A stretch of DNA of 64,000 nucleotides from a virus (IMGVR_UViG_3300017963_005353:19526-83525); one strand, 5' to 3'. Positions 37,564 to 47,263 are shown, numbered from the stretch's first letter. Translations and numbers: made by a program. The notes: a model not told the origin generated them from the sequence alone.

Positions 37564-38384
37564 TCCAAGACAGTCTTGAAAAGATGGGAAAGAGATTCGG
37601 GGAGTTGGCAAACTCCCTGTCGCAAAGAGCACCGCTGTTCGGCGTGTTCGCCTTTTCCGCGTGCTCGGTGCACGCCCTGGCGCACATGCTTTTGAAATAC
37701 GCCCGGCACGACACGCCCTTGTTTTGGGGTGCCAGCGCAATGATCGAATTGGCGACCGCGTGGTTGGCAACGCGCATCGTCGAGCAGGTGCGAGAGGCTA
37801 CCCGGTCAGTCGGTGGCCGGTATGGGACCACAAAGCAAAACCGGCGTTTCGCCATCTTCGCCCTAATCGTCTACTCTTCGCTGGCGGCACCGAGTTTTGC
37901 CACGAGCGTGGTCGCCAATTACATGGAGTTCAGCGACAACGGTCTCCTGGCGTTCCTGTTCCCGGTCCTGACCATTGCCTGTGCGGTAGGCGCGGCCATG
38001 CCGGGGATCATCAGCGCCCGCAAACAGAAGGAGAAAGCCGAAGAGGAACAGTCGAAACGGGACGATGCAGCGCAAAAAGCCGAAGAGGAACAGTCGAGGG
38101 CCGCAAAGGCCGCGCAAAAGGCCATACAAGAGGCCGAAGAAAGCGCGAAGAAACGCGAAAAAACAGCGCAAACGCTAGAAGATTTGGGACGAACGACCGA
38201 CTTCCTCCGCCAATTGGTCGCAGACCCGGCGCAAAGCCGCGCAGATTTGGCGCAAACGCTGGACGTCGCTCCGCAAACGGTCTCTTACCATCTGCAAAAG
38301 GCCGAAGAGGCGGGGCTCATTGACAGGAGCAATGGGGAGGTTAAGTTTGCTGATGGGGTAGTTGAATTGTTGGCAGCGAAATGA
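37560..38384 (+). CDS. four-TM + coiled-coil + C-terminal winged-HTH protein
   Basis: Four hydrophobic segments; SRADLAQTLDVAPQTVSYHLQKAEEAGLI HTH. Confidence 0.7.
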   Translation: MIQDSLEKMGKRFGELANSLSQRAPLFGVFAFSACSVHALAHMLLKYARHDTPLFWGASAMIELATAWLATRIVEQVREATRSVGGRYGTTKQNRRFAIFALIVYSSLAAPSFATSVVANYMEFSDNGLLAFLFPVLTIACAVGAAMPGIISARKQKEKAEEEQSKRDDAAQKAEEEQSRAAKAAQKAIQEAEESAKKREKTAQTLEDLGRTTDFLRQLVADPAQSRADLAQTLDVAPQTVSYHLQKAEEAGLIDRSNGEVKFADGVVELLAAK

Positions 38385-38899
38385 GCGAGCACAAGCGGGC
38401 AACGATCACAACCATCTTTTGCATCACAATTCTGGTCTTTTTGGTCGCATGGGACCAGCCGGAAGTGGATGCAATTGCCCTCGTCAATCTGGAGCGCGAG
38501 CAGCGCGGGTTACAACCGCTCCTGCTCAACGCATCCCTGATGCACGCCGCTGATGGCCATTCCCGGGACATGGCAACTAACGGCTTTCTCGGTCACACAG
38601 GCAGCGACGGGTCAACGCCTTGGGAACGGATGAGACGTGAGGGTTATACGGACTGGTTTGCCGCCGGCGAGGTGATTGTAGTAGCTGCGACAGCCAAGGC
38701 CGCGGTCTACCATCTCATGCAGGATCAGGCACACAGGGACATTCTGCTAAAGCCGGTGTTCAACGAAATGGGGGTTGGATACGTCCACGACCCCAACAGT
38801 CCCTATAGGCATTATTGGACCATGGACCTGGGCGGGCGCCATTTGTGTGAGAATTGTAACATCAAAACCTATTTACCAACAGTGAGGAAAAAGGGCTGA
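38381..38899 (+). CDS. secreted CAP/SCP-domain protein
   Basis: LVNLER..GLQPL, AADGHSRDMA, HTGSDGS, HRDILL, GVGY..YWT; ends YLPTVRKKG. Confidence 0.9.
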   Translation: MSEHKRATITTIFCITILVFLVAWDQPEVDAIALVNLEREQRGLQPLLLNASLMHAADGHSRDMATNGFLGHTGSDGSTPWERMRREGYTDWFAAGEVIVVAATAKAAVYHLMQDQAHRDILLKPVFNEMGVGYVHDPNSPYRHYWTMDLGGRHLCENCNIKTYLPTVRKKG

Positions 38900-38900
38900 C

Positions 38901-39971
38901 ATGTTTGGACAGGATAGCGGCGGCCAGAAAGGGGGCGGGGGATTCATGCCCTTTTTCTCCCCATGGTATTTCGTGGGGCGGATGCTCGGCGGCGGCCCGA
39001 CCGAAAAAGTAGATCACAATCCCGTCACGCAGATTCTTATCCCGGCCTTGCGTGCCCTGATGGGCGGGGCGGGGATCTGCATCATCATCGTGGGCTACAT
39101 CTCGGCGTCCTACGTCTGGCACGCCAATGTTGCGCTCACCGACCTGGGCAGGATGGCGTTGCCGGCGCTCGTGTTTGGGCTGCCTGCTATCATCGGGGCG
39201 GCAATCGGGCTGCTCAACCCGTCACCCGAGCGGTATTGGGGCTCCAGGCAAAGCATGTTCTTCCTGTTCGGCCTGGGCTCTGCCGGTCTGTGTTGGGCCT
39301 TTGGCGGGCTCGCTCTGAAAGATCCGCAGGGGATTCTCTTCTGGGAGGTCGTCAAGACAAGCTGTTTCATCGGCCTGGCGGTCGTGGGATTTCTCCTGGC
39401 GATCTGGGGCATTGTGGAACAGTTGATCGTCTACCAGATGACCGAGAGCCAGAAAGTGGGCTGGAGTGTTATCAAAGGGCGACTGGACGAAAAGATTCCC
39501 ACAGGTATTGCCCAGGAGGTCGAGGGCGAGCCGGTCATTCAGGAATGGCGTATCAGTGTCACCATGATACCCAAGAACGAGAACGGGACGAACGGCCGGC
39601 CCATCGGTCCCAAGCTCTTGCACTTTGACCCGGACATTGTGCGAGACGATGAGGTGGCATTTTGGGCGGCGTCGGTGCTCAAGGGGGCCGCCCTGTCATA
39701 TGCTGAGTGGGTGGACAAAGGGAAATTCGGGAGAAGGCAGTATGATCACATCTGGGAGGTGCTGGCGGAGAAGCGATACGCTGCCAAGCGCGGGTCTGCC
39801 CGCAACGCCCGGTGGTATCTCACCGATGAGGGCAAGCGGGTGCTCGCCCTGTGGTTGACAGCTTTCGATGGATGGGACAGGGGAGAAACCGATACTGGAG
39901 ACCTGGAGCTTTCAGATGAGCAATTTGACTACGAAGGGGAATGGGAGCTTGACGAATACGACGCGCCCTAG
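38901..39971 (+). CDS. multi-TM protein with C-terminal winged-helix-like domain
   Basis: Four TM segments; WYLTDEGKRVL wing motif; acidic tail. Confidence 0.6.
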   Translation: MFGQDSGGQKGGGGFMPFFSPWYFVGRMLGGGPTEKVDHNPVTQILIPALRALMGGAGICIIIVGYISASYVWHANVALTDLGRMALPALVFGLPAIIGAAIGLLNPSPERYWGSRQSMFFLFGLGSAGLCWAFGGLALKDPQGILFWEVVKTSCFIGLAVVGFLLAIWGIVEQLIVYQMTESQKVGWSVIKGRLDEKIPTGIAQEVEGEPVIQEWRISVTMIPKNENGTNGRPIGPKLLHFDPDIVRDDEVAFWAASVLKGAALSYAEWVDKGKFGRRQYDHIWEVLAEKRYAAKRGSARNARWYLTDEGKRVLALWLTAFDGWDRGETDTGDLELSDEQFDYEGEWELDEYDAP

Positions 39972-40091
39972 TCCTGACCGACTAGGACAGGGCCCTGAGT
40001 TCGACATAACTTATGTGTGTATGTATATGTGTGTGTGAACTGTCGGCCTCTACATAGGTATGTAAGGCCAGAGAGTAGGGGAGAGGTTGCA

Positions 40092-40589
40092 ATGAGACAG
40101 ACAGCAACAGCACAAGCCCAACCGCAAGAGCAGTTGACCGGTGTACAGCCCCTGCCCGGCGGCCAGGGGTATCTCGATTTTCAACGCCAGGAATGGAAGT
40201 GCCCTGGATGTGGCATGGTCAACAGCATGGAAGTCTACACCTGCCCAGGGTGTGGCGTGTCTGCCCTGGACATACTGGAGAGGCTCAACAAGCCACAAGG
40301 CAAACTGAGCAGGAAACGGGCCGGGCGACCTATCGGCCTCAAGGCCGGGTTCAAGTTTGTCATCGGCGCGGCGTGGCTGGTCGCACTCATTGTCACGGCC
40401 TATCTATTGCTGGCGCTCTCGCCGGTCATCATCTACCTGGCACCGGCGTTCCTGGTGCTGACGGTGTTGGTGTGCATCATGTACCCAAGCAAGAGGAAGA
40501 AAAAGGCGGCCGCCAAGGATTTGCAGGAGAAGCTCAGCCAGGGATTGATCGAATTGGCGGCACTGATTGAAGAGCAAGCAGGACTATAG
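40092..40589 (+). CDS. Zn-ribbon + two-TM protein
   Basis: WKCPGCG..N...CPGCG then two hydrophobic helices. Confidence 0.6.
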   Translation: MRQTATAQAQPQEQLTGVQPLPGGQGYLDFQRQEWKCPGCGMVNSMEVYTCPGCGVSALDILERLNKPQGKLSRKRAGRPIGLKAGFKFVIGAAWLVALIVTAYLLLALSPVIIYLAPAFLVLTVLVCIMYPSKRKKKAAAKDLQEKLSQGLIELAALIEEQAGL

Positions 40590-40608
40590 CGAAAGGAGAG
40601 ACGAGAAC

Positions 40609-40920
40609 ATGGAACTTTATCAAGTGGTCATTGTCGGATTGGTTGGACTGCTGTTGACACTCATGCTCCTGGAGAATGAGCGCGTCAACAAGATTGTTTG
40701 GGATGACCTGATAGAGACGGGCTATCACATCGAATCGGTACTCCACCCAAGCCGCTGGAAATTTCTACCGGCAGATCAGGTCACAATGCTCGAGCTGCCA
40801 GCGGGCGATGGGTTTCCGGCTTGTCGGTGGGGTGTCTCGAAACCCGATCCAAACGCCCGGTGGGCCATAAGCTCAGAGCCTTACGACATTGATAGCCCGT
40901 ATTATGGGCATAGAAACTAG
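40609..40920 (+). CDS. single-TM protein
   Basis: AAGGAG RBS; N-terminal TM. Confidence 0.55.
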   Translation: MELYQVVIVGLVGLLLTLMLLENERVNKIVWDDLIETGYHIESVLHPSRWKFLPADQVTMLELPAGDGFPACRWGVSKPDPNARWAISSEPYDIDSPYYGHRN

Positions 40921-40930
40921 GAGGGAAACC

Positions 40931-41266
40931 ATGAAAAAGTTGATTGTGGTACTATCGGTGGTATCACTGTTGCTCCTGTCCGGCTGTCAGGACATCGCAG
41001 CGGCTCTGACCGAGCGGCAACGCTTGGAGATGGAGACGGCACGCCAGGAGGCAGCCGCAGCCCAGGCGCGGGCTTTGGAGGCTCAAGCCAGGGCCGATCA
41101 GGTCAAAAACGAATGGGACGGCCGGGCGTTCTTTGTGGGGGTCCTGAGCACAGCGGGGATGCCCTACTATTTCGGCTCCCTGTGTTTTCTCGCCGGCCTG
41201 TTCATGTTTGTGGCGATCGCGTTCCCAGAGGTCTTTAGGCGGGGGAGGGAGCAAGATGCAAGGTAG
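40931..41266 (+). CDS. lipoprotein with coiled coil and C-terminal TM
   Basis: MKK...LLLSGC lipobox; C-terminal hydrophobic helix. Confidence 0.65.
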   Translation: MKKLIVVLSVVSLLLLSGCQDIAAALTERQRLEMETARQEAAAAQARALEAQARADQVKNEWDGRAFFVGVLSTAGMPYYFGSLCFLAGLFMFVAIAFPEVFRRGREQDAR

Positions 41267-41471
41267 AACCCTTTTGATTCTGGCTGCTTTGCTGCTGTTC
41301 GCTCCGCCCCTGTTGTTCACCTGCATCAGCCTGTTTTTGCTGTTCATGGTGCTGACCGAACCCTGGGGTTGGCTTGCCCTGTTCCTGCTCCTGGCGCTCC
41401 CCCTGGGGACATTGCTGGTGGGGCTCATCATTCGCTATGGGGGGACGATCAAATGGCCGGTTGGCAGGTAA
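41256..41471 (+). CDS. small hydrophobic membrane protein
   Basis: Leu-rich, two to three TM segments. Confidence 0.55.
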   Translation: MQGRTLLILAALLLFAPPLLFTCISLFLLFMVLTEPWGWLALFLLLALPLGTLLVGLIIRYGGTIKWPVGR

Positions 41472-42013
41472 TTGAGGAGCGGGTTCTGGTTGATCAACCG
41501 CCCTGGCTCACGGTCAGGGAACAAGATATCAAGTTTCCCGGGGGCCAAATCCTACAAAACTACATTTTGCTCGACGAACGGGACGGCTGCCTGGTCTTTG
41601 CCGTCACCCAGGATGGGCGAGCTATCCTCCTGGAGCAATACCGCCACGGGCGGGGCACTCGTGAAGTGGGGCTCCCGTCAGGCTTTCTCGACGAGGGGGA
41701 AGATCCGCTCGCTGCGGCAAGGCGGGAGCTCATGGAAGAAACGGGCTATGCTGGTCACAATTGGACGTCTCTGGGGGCACTGTTCACCAACAGCAACAGG
41801 GGACGTCAATTGTTTCACTTTTTCTTGGCTCGAGATGTGAGGCTAGTCCAGGGACCAGAGCGCGAGGTCAGTGAGAGAGATATAACGATCAGCCTGATGC
41901 GCCTGGATGAACTCAAGGCGTACTTGGCACAATCCAACGGCGACATTGGCATGGCGGCCATGGCCGGGATTCTCCTGGGCTTGGCGGAACTAGAGAGGGA
42001 AAGGGAAAGATGA
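41453..42013 (+). CDS. NUDIX hydrolase (ADP-ribose pyrophosphatase-like)
   Basis: QYRH, GFLDEGEDPLAAARRELMEETGY Nudix box. Confidence 0.9.
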   Translation: MAGWQVIEERVLVDQPPWLTVREQDIKFPGGQILQNYILLDERDGCLVFAVTQDGRAILLEQYRHGRGTREVGLPSGFLDEGEDPLAAARRELMEETGYAGHNWTSLGALFTNSNRGRQLFHFFLARDVRLVQGPEREVSERDITISLMRLDELKAYLAQSNGDIGMAAMAGILLGLAELERERER

Positions 42014-42354
42014 ACGCTGGAAAACTATGGGCGGCGATCAAAGCGTTGCTCAAGATGGATCGCTGCGTCTTTTGTCGAAAACGAAGGCGCGATGGGGAAG
42101 AGCTCTCGTTTGTCCGGAGGTGGAACGCCTATTGGGGAAAGAGGCATCACTATCACGAAAGTTGCCTTCGTGACGTCGTGAGCGACCCAGAGGGCCACGG
42201 TCACAGGAAAGTTGATCTCGTGCTTGACATTTACAATTGTAAAAAGCATGAAGAGCAGCAGGAGAGGCTCAATGCCGAGTGGCAGGAGATGAAGCTTCGA
42301 CAGATCAGGGCCATTCGGGCTCGGACATCTCAAGATGGCAAAAAGCGACCTTGA
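42010..42354 (+). CDS. hypothetical Zn-binding protein
   Basis: CVFC...YHESC. Confidence 0.55.
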   Translation: MNAGKLWAAIKALLKMDRCVFCRKRRRDGEELSFVRRWNAYWGKRHHYHESCLRDVVSDPEGHGHRKVDLVLDIYNCKKHEEQQERLNAEWQEMKLRQIRAIRARTSQDGKKRP

Positions 42355-42574
42355 GGCCAAACTGGCCAAACAGATCGCCAAGGCCGGCCTCCCGGCCGGC
42401 GTGAATGAAGCTCCCCAACCTGTGGCCGGGGAGCTCTCAGTGAAGGGGCCAAGGGCTGACTAGCTCCGACAAACACGGGTCCATCTTCCCCCATGAGCCC
42501 TGCCAGTTTTCTTACACGTTCTTGCTGGAGAGCATCAAAGGTCTCATTTGCATTGTCTCGGTCAGCTCGTCTTT

Positions 42575-43300
42575 TCATCCGGTATACTCCTGGGCCTCGT
42601 TGAGCACCAGCACACTACCCCTGTGGCTGATACGAGACCTGATCCGATCCTCCAACTCACTGATGGGACAATTGCTGGTGAACAAAGTTGGCTTGTCCCG
42701 CTCCAACCTGTGATCCACGAGCAGGTACATTTGCTCGTCTGTCCAGGCGGTGCGCTTCTCCACGCCCAGGTCGTCCACGATCAGGATGGGCACCGCCTGG
42801 AGCTTTGCCATGAGCGTGTTGACGGTCTCGTCCTCCCGGTCGTAACAGCCGCGCAGCATCGCCAGGAGTTCGACTGCCTTGCAAAAGAGCACAATCTCGC
42901 CCTTGCCGATCAGGTAGTTTGCAGCAGCGGCGGCCAGGTGGGTTTTACCGTTGCCCTTTGTCGGAGAATGGATCGTGAGGAAACCCTGGGGCTCTTGCGC
43001 CCATGCCAGTGCCGCGTTGAAGGCTTTCGTGGCGTATTTCGTCTCAGGGCCGTTCGTGTCGAACGTGTCAAACGTGCAGGTGGTCAGCCGGCCGTGCAGG
43101 GCAGACAGTCGGGACATGGATTGCCCCTCCATTTCCCTGGCGCGAACGAGCCCACAGGGACACGCCCGGAGGCCCTCTTCGGTGTACAGGTAGCCCATGC
43201 CCAGGCAGCGGTCGCACACCTGGCCGGTGCCGTTGCAGCGGGGACAGGAGAGGTCGAGTTGTCCGAGTGCCTGGCAGCGGGGGCAGCGTGTTTGGGTCAT
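42575..43300 (-). CDS. DnaC/IstB-like helicase loader ATPase
   Basis: Cys-rich N-terminus, GNGKTHLA, LIVDDLG, TSN, RIRSRI. Confidence 0.9.
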   Translation of the reverse strand: MTQTRCPRCQALGQLDLSCPRCNGTGQVCDRCLGMGYLYTEEGLRACPCGLVRAREMEGQSMSRLSALHGRLTTCTFDTFDTNGPETKYATKAFNAALAWAQEPQGFLTIHSPTKGNGKTHLAAAAANYLIGKGEIVLFCKAVELLAMLRGCYDREDETVNTLMAKLQAVPILIVDDLGVEKRTAWTDEQMYLLVDHRLERDKPTLFTSNCPISELEDRIRSRISHRGSVLVLNEAQEYTG

Positions 43301-43812
43301 TGCGCCCGCTCCGGCTCTTCAGTCTGATCCCGCCCAAAAAACTCGGACGCCCACATGAAATGACACCCGGCGTTCTCGGCGGCTTGCCTATCACTCTCCA
43401 TATCACCGACGTATAGTGTTTCATCTGGCGTCAGAGACCAGGATCTCATCAGTCGTTGGAGCATAAGGGGTTCTGGCTTCCGACACTTACAGTCCGCACC
43501 TGGGGCATGGGGACAAATCTGAAGAGCGCCTGTTGGGGGCCAACCATCGAAGACTTCCACAGCCATATCTTTGAGCAATTGATAAGCCATCTCTTCGGTC
43601 ATGTAGCCGAGGGCAATCCCGGCCTGATTGCTGGCGATTCCATACGCAATTCCACCAGCGTGAGGGGTGCCCCAAGGGATTCTTGCCAGGGTTGCTCTAA
43701 CATTGGGCAATAGCTCCCACTCATCTGGTGCATTAGGACATGGCTGTCCTTCCACTGTACAACGGCGCAATGTACCATCTGCATCAAAGATGATTAATTT
43801 GTAGTCTTTCAT
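43297..43812 (-). CDS. HAD-IIIA phosphatase (GmhB/HisB-like)
   Basis: FDADGTL, SNQAG, CPH..CKCRKP, GDMESD. Confidence 0.85.
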   Translation of the reverse strand: MKDYKLIIFDADGTLRRCTVEGQPCPNAPDEWELLPNVRATLARIPWGTPHAGGIAYGIASNQAGIALGYMTEEMAYQLLKDMAVEVFDGWPPTGALQICPHAPGADCKCRKPEPLMLQRLMRSWSLTPDETLYVGDMESDRQAAENAGCHFMWASEFFGRDQTEEPERAQ

Positions 43813-44441
43813 TGTCTAATCTCCTTAAATGTAACGACCCATACCCAAGGGTTGGTCTCCCAGCCAAAACCACGCTTGGCGTTCAGGCTGTTCCACAGAT
43901 TCACAAACAAAGGAATATGCCAACTTCCATACTCTTCAGGGGTAGGCAAAACATTAGGGTCGGGCGGGTGATGGAGATTACAACCCTCGGCAAATACGTC
44001 TTCTTCGGTGATATTCTGCAATCTCTCTACCCTCACGCCCGCCACCTCTAGCGTGAGCCGGGACGCCCAGCGGGGCATGTGGATGGATGGTCGCCATTTG
44101 CCGCGCAAAGGATTGATGCCATCGCAAGAATCCGCACGATAGTAGATCGTGCTTTTTGGAAAGTCGGGATTGGCGGTCAGGAACTCCAATTTGCGCGGGG
44201 GTAGCCTGTCCAGTCGTTGGCTCCTCGCCCACGCTTCTCTTACCCAAAGCTGATCGCCTGGCACGCCATAAGGACATTTGAGATGTGTCCCATCCCCATC
44301 GCGCCATTCTCGGTCGTCCACATAGAATAGAAGCGATGGGCACTTTGGCTGTGGCTTTATCACTCGTCGCGTCTGCGTTTTCTTGCCCTCCAAAATGGCC
44401 CGTACCATCGGGGCTGAAAACAGAATCGGGTGTTCGTTCAT
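43809..44441 (-). CDS. ASCH/PUA-like phage protein
   Basis: PILFSAPMVRAILEGKKTQTRR, LWVRE, WRPSIHMPRWASR, NPWVWV. Confidence 0.8.
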   Translation of the reverse strand: MNEHPILFSAPMVRAILEGKKTQTRRVIKPQPKCPSLLFYVDDREWRDGDGTHLKCPYGVPGDQLWVREAWARSQRLDRLPPRKLEFLTANPDFPKSTIYYRADSCDGINPLRGKWRPSIHMPRWASRLTLEVAGVRVERLQNITEEDVFAEGCNLHHPPDPNVLPTPEEYGSWHIPLFVNLWNSLNAKRGFGWETNPWVWVVTFKEIRQ

Positions 44442-45293
44442 TCAAATCTCCAATCTTGTGAACAGCTTCGCTTGATGCAGTCTATTTCTATTCAGTGCTT
44501 CAGTAGTGCGCGGCGACAGCCACACGCTCTCGATCCGCTTGCCGCCGCTGGTCTGTGCTTCCTTGTCGAACCGCTGCCAGCCATGGGCCTCGTAAAGCTC
44601 AGTGTACAATGGGCAGGCGTAGCCAGAAATGACAACGTAGCCTTGGCATTGGCGCAATAAGGTGGCAGCCTGAGCATGTTGGGCGACAGACCAGTCAAAA
44701 ATGTAGCGCCCCTGTCTCTCCCGTTCATCAGGGACATAAGGTGGGTCTAAATAATGCAGTGCGGCGGGATTGTCATATCGCCTTACGATCACATCGTAAT
44801 CATCGTGTTCGATCTGTACAGCTTGGAATCTCTCAGCTACTAATGACAAATGAGATATATTAAGCAAATCCTGTGGCCAATCCACTCCGTTTCTCGATGA
44901 TATATCTGTGATCGTCCGCCACCCGCCCCATTTTCCGCCAATGCCCATCCAGCACCATGAAAAGAAGCGCCTCGCTCTCTCTATTTCATCTTCGCAAGGC
45001 TCAAGGCTCAATTCATACCCGACTCTGGCCCACGGCGTCAACCGAATCTTACGGATCAATTCGTCTAGCCTATCTCTCAGCACGCGAAAGAAGTTGACCA
45101 CGTTGCCGTCAAGGTCGTTATAGGTTTCCAGCGGCGACCGTGGCTTTTGCAGCAGCACCGAGGCTGCTCCGCCGCATGGCTCGACGTAGTTCTGGTGTGG
45201 CGGAAAGAAGGAGATGATCCATGGCGCAAGCCGCCACTTTCCACCGTAGTAGCGCAATGCTGGTCGCTTCGGTGCATCTGGTGCTACCTTCAT
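44442..45293 (-). CDS. Dam-like (D12 class) N6-adenine DNA methyltransferase
   Basis: YYGGK, YVEPCGG, YNDLD, YLDPPY. Confidence 0.9.
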   Translation of the reverse strand: MKVAPDAPKRPALRYYGGKWRLAPWIISFFPPHQNYVEPCGGAASVLLQKPRSPLETYNDLDGNVVNFFRVLRDRLDELIRKIRLTPWARVGYELSLEPCEDEIERARRFFSWCWMGIGGKWGGWRTITDISSRNGVDWPQDLLNISHLSLVAERFQAVQIEHDDYDVIVRRYDNPAALHYLDPPYVPDERERQGRYIFDWSVAQHAQAATLLRQCQGYVVISGYACPLYTELYEAHGWQRFDKEAQTSGGKRIESVWLSPRTTEALNRNRLHQAKLFTRLEI

Positions 45294-45294
45294 A

Positions 45295-46353
45295 TCAAAC
45301 CTCCAATCTCGGCGGTGGCTCTTCCCGCTCTACCGCCACATTCTGATCTGGCCTACGCTCCAGGTCCAGGTCGGTCAGTCCATGCTCCATACCCCATTCG
45401 AGGAGGGGGGCCAGGAGCGATGACAAGCCCCTGAGCGGATCTCTCCTGTGGGCAAACAGACTGTCGGGCGTTGGATTCATCCAGGCGATGTTGCCCGGTA
45501 TCCACACACGGCGACCGTTGTCTTTGTTCAAAGCATAGGCGACAATCGCCCTACCCCACTGGTGCAATGCCCAGGCCAGTGTCTCGGCATTTGTGCCCCT
45601 GAGCTCTGCCAACCTTCGGAGCTCACGCGCCCAAGCCGTTTCTTCTGCTGAGGTCAGGTTGGCACGCTGGCGACCGATCAGATGGCACCATTGGGTCAGC
45701 GGGCCGTCTTTGTAGGCATCAGCACCGCCGGCCGTCTCAGGGACTGTGAAGGAGGTGGCGTCATTGGCTTTTCTGGCATGGGCAAGGAGCATACCCTCGG
45801 CAGGGTCTTTTCCAAACCTGGCTACTTGTCGTTCTTTCTGATTTTCCTGTTTTTGGGTTGGGGGGGAGGGTATAATTGACGGATCTTCTAACGGATCAAT
45901 GACGGATCTTGACGGATCATGCGACATAGCTGTGTCACTTATTTGGCCCTGGGTGTCACTTACCGTGGACAAATCTTGTTCATCCACAGTAGAAATGTCA
46001 CTTATCTGCTCCTGCACACTAAGTGACATTTTGTCACTTAGTGATTGGCCGGTGAACGCGACAACCCGTTTGTCGGCTTCCCTAAACCGCTGCTTGGTCA
46101 ATCCGACTAGTACCACATAAACATTGCCGCTGTTGCGACGATGAACGGCAGCAAGCTCTTCGGTTTCCTCAAGGCGTTGAATCAGCCGCTTGGTTTGTCG
46201 TTTGGACATTCGGATTTTTTGGGCCAGTGTATCAATGCTGGGCCAGCAAAATCCATTATCATCAGCAAAATCAGCGAAGGCGAGTAATAGCAGTAAGGGA
46301 GAACCCTTCATTTTGCTTTGTTCCCAAACGCGATTCATGCAGGCAATACTCAT
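45295..46353 (-). CDS. phage replication initiator (N-terminal winged HTH)
   Basis: LLLLAFADFADDNGFCWPSIDTLA..; internal iteron repeats; upstream of the DnaC-like gene. Confidence 0.8.
   Translation of the reverse strand: MSIACMNRVWEQSKMKGSPLLLLLAFADFADDNGFCWPSIDTLAQKIRMSKRQTKRLIQRLEETEELAAVHRRNSGNVYVVLVGLTKQRFREADKRVVAFTGQSLSDKMSLSVQEQISDISTVDEQDLSTVSDTQGQISDTAMSHDPSRSVIDPLEDPSIIPSPPTQKQENQKERQVARFGKDPAEGMLLAHARKANDATSFTVPETAGGADAYKDGPLTQWCHLIGRQRANLTSAEETAWARELRRLAELRGTNAETLAWALHQWGRAIVAYALNKDNGRRVWIPGNIAWMNPTPDSLFAHRRDPLRGLSSLLAPLLEWGMEHGLTDLDLERRPDQNVAVEREEPPPRLEV
45879..46043. repeat. putative replication origin (iterons)
   Basis: TGTCACTTA at 45933, 45954, 45996, 46032 plus an inverted copy at 46020; ACGGATC at 45879, 45891, 45902, 45912. 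Confidence 0.75.
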
Positions 46354-46390
46354 GTTGCTTGTTCCTTTCAAAACACGGTTGGTCTTTGTT

Positions 46391-46969
46391 TCATTCCGTG
46401 TAGGTCGCAATCATCCATTGCACGTCTTTTTCGTCCAGGGCAAACCACTCCCCCTTTGACCTTTTAGCTGAAAACCTGTTATGGAGGACGGTTTCAGTAG
46501 CAACACAATCATCAACAAATGCTGTATGAACGAGTGCTGTGTCGTACGGTATCATTTTATCAATTTGTGCCACGCGCTCCCTTGGCTCCTGTGTGGTCCG
46601 TCCAATCTTAAACAGGTCGTTGCAGCGTAGCAGGTAGATATATCCAGGGATTGGTTTATTGTTATTTGGTTCTCTTGGTGATATGCCCCATCTTTTTTCA
46701 AGGGTTTCATTGTCGGCCACGCTTATGTACCAAGCACTATCATAAAAAATGTACAAGGTACATACTTCTGCCAGAGCAACTTCCTTGACTAATGGGAATT
46801 GGTCCAGAATTCTAGCTGCTATGGCTTGCTTGCTATTTGGAAGGTTTTGACGATCCCAGCAAAAGCGAAAGCTTTCTCTGGCAGGACAGTCGGTTAGCTT
46901 TCCAGTATTACATTCTGTACAAAGCCAATCCGTTTTCTCCTTATAACGATCGAGTTGTCGCCCCCCCAT
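46391..46969 (-). CDS. GIY-YIG / T5orf172-domain protein
   Basis: GYIYLL...FKIGRT...E..LH..F...GEWF. Confidence 0.85.
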   Translation of the reverse strand: MGGRQLDRYKEKTDWLCTECNTGKLTDCPARESFRFCWDRQNLPNSKQAIAARILDQFPLVKEVALAEVCTLYIFYDSAWYISVADNETLEKRWGISPREPNNNKPIPGYIYLLRCNDLFKIGRTTQEPRERVAQIDKMIPYDTALVHTAFVDDCVATETVLHNRFSAKRSKGEWFALDEKDVQWMIATYTE

Positions 46970-46970
46970 T

Positions 46971-47240
46971 TTAGTCTAGGAGGGTGCCAACAAAGCTCAC
47001 TCCTCGGGCATTGGGTATGTTAAATACACCGCTTAATTCTGTTTCTATTATGTAAGCAACTCTATCGGCGGGCAATATGGTAGCTGAACAGAATGGGCAC
47101 TCCTCGAGAGGTAGTTTTTCTAGCTTATCTAGGGCCGCATCAATGAGGGGCAAGCTGCGGCGTATTTCCTTCCTGACCTCTGTTTCATAGGCAATCAGTT
47201 TGCGACGGTAAGCTTTGACACTTGCGATGCAGTCATTCAC
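46971..47240 (-). CDS. hypothetical protein
   Basis: First ORF after the structured leader; CPFC. Confidence 0.5.
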   Translation of the reverse strand: MNDCIASVKAYRRKLIAYETEVRKEIRRSLPLIDAALDKLEKLPLEECPFCSATILPADRVAYIIETELSGVFNIPNARGVSFVGTLLD

Positions 47241-47263
47241 GTCATTTCCTTTCTAAAAACAAA

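Noticed and set aside
43297-43812. GmhB-like phosphatase as part of the sugar cassette
   Set aside because: It lies 12 kb away inside the replication operon, where HAD phosphatases are common; no direct link is visible.
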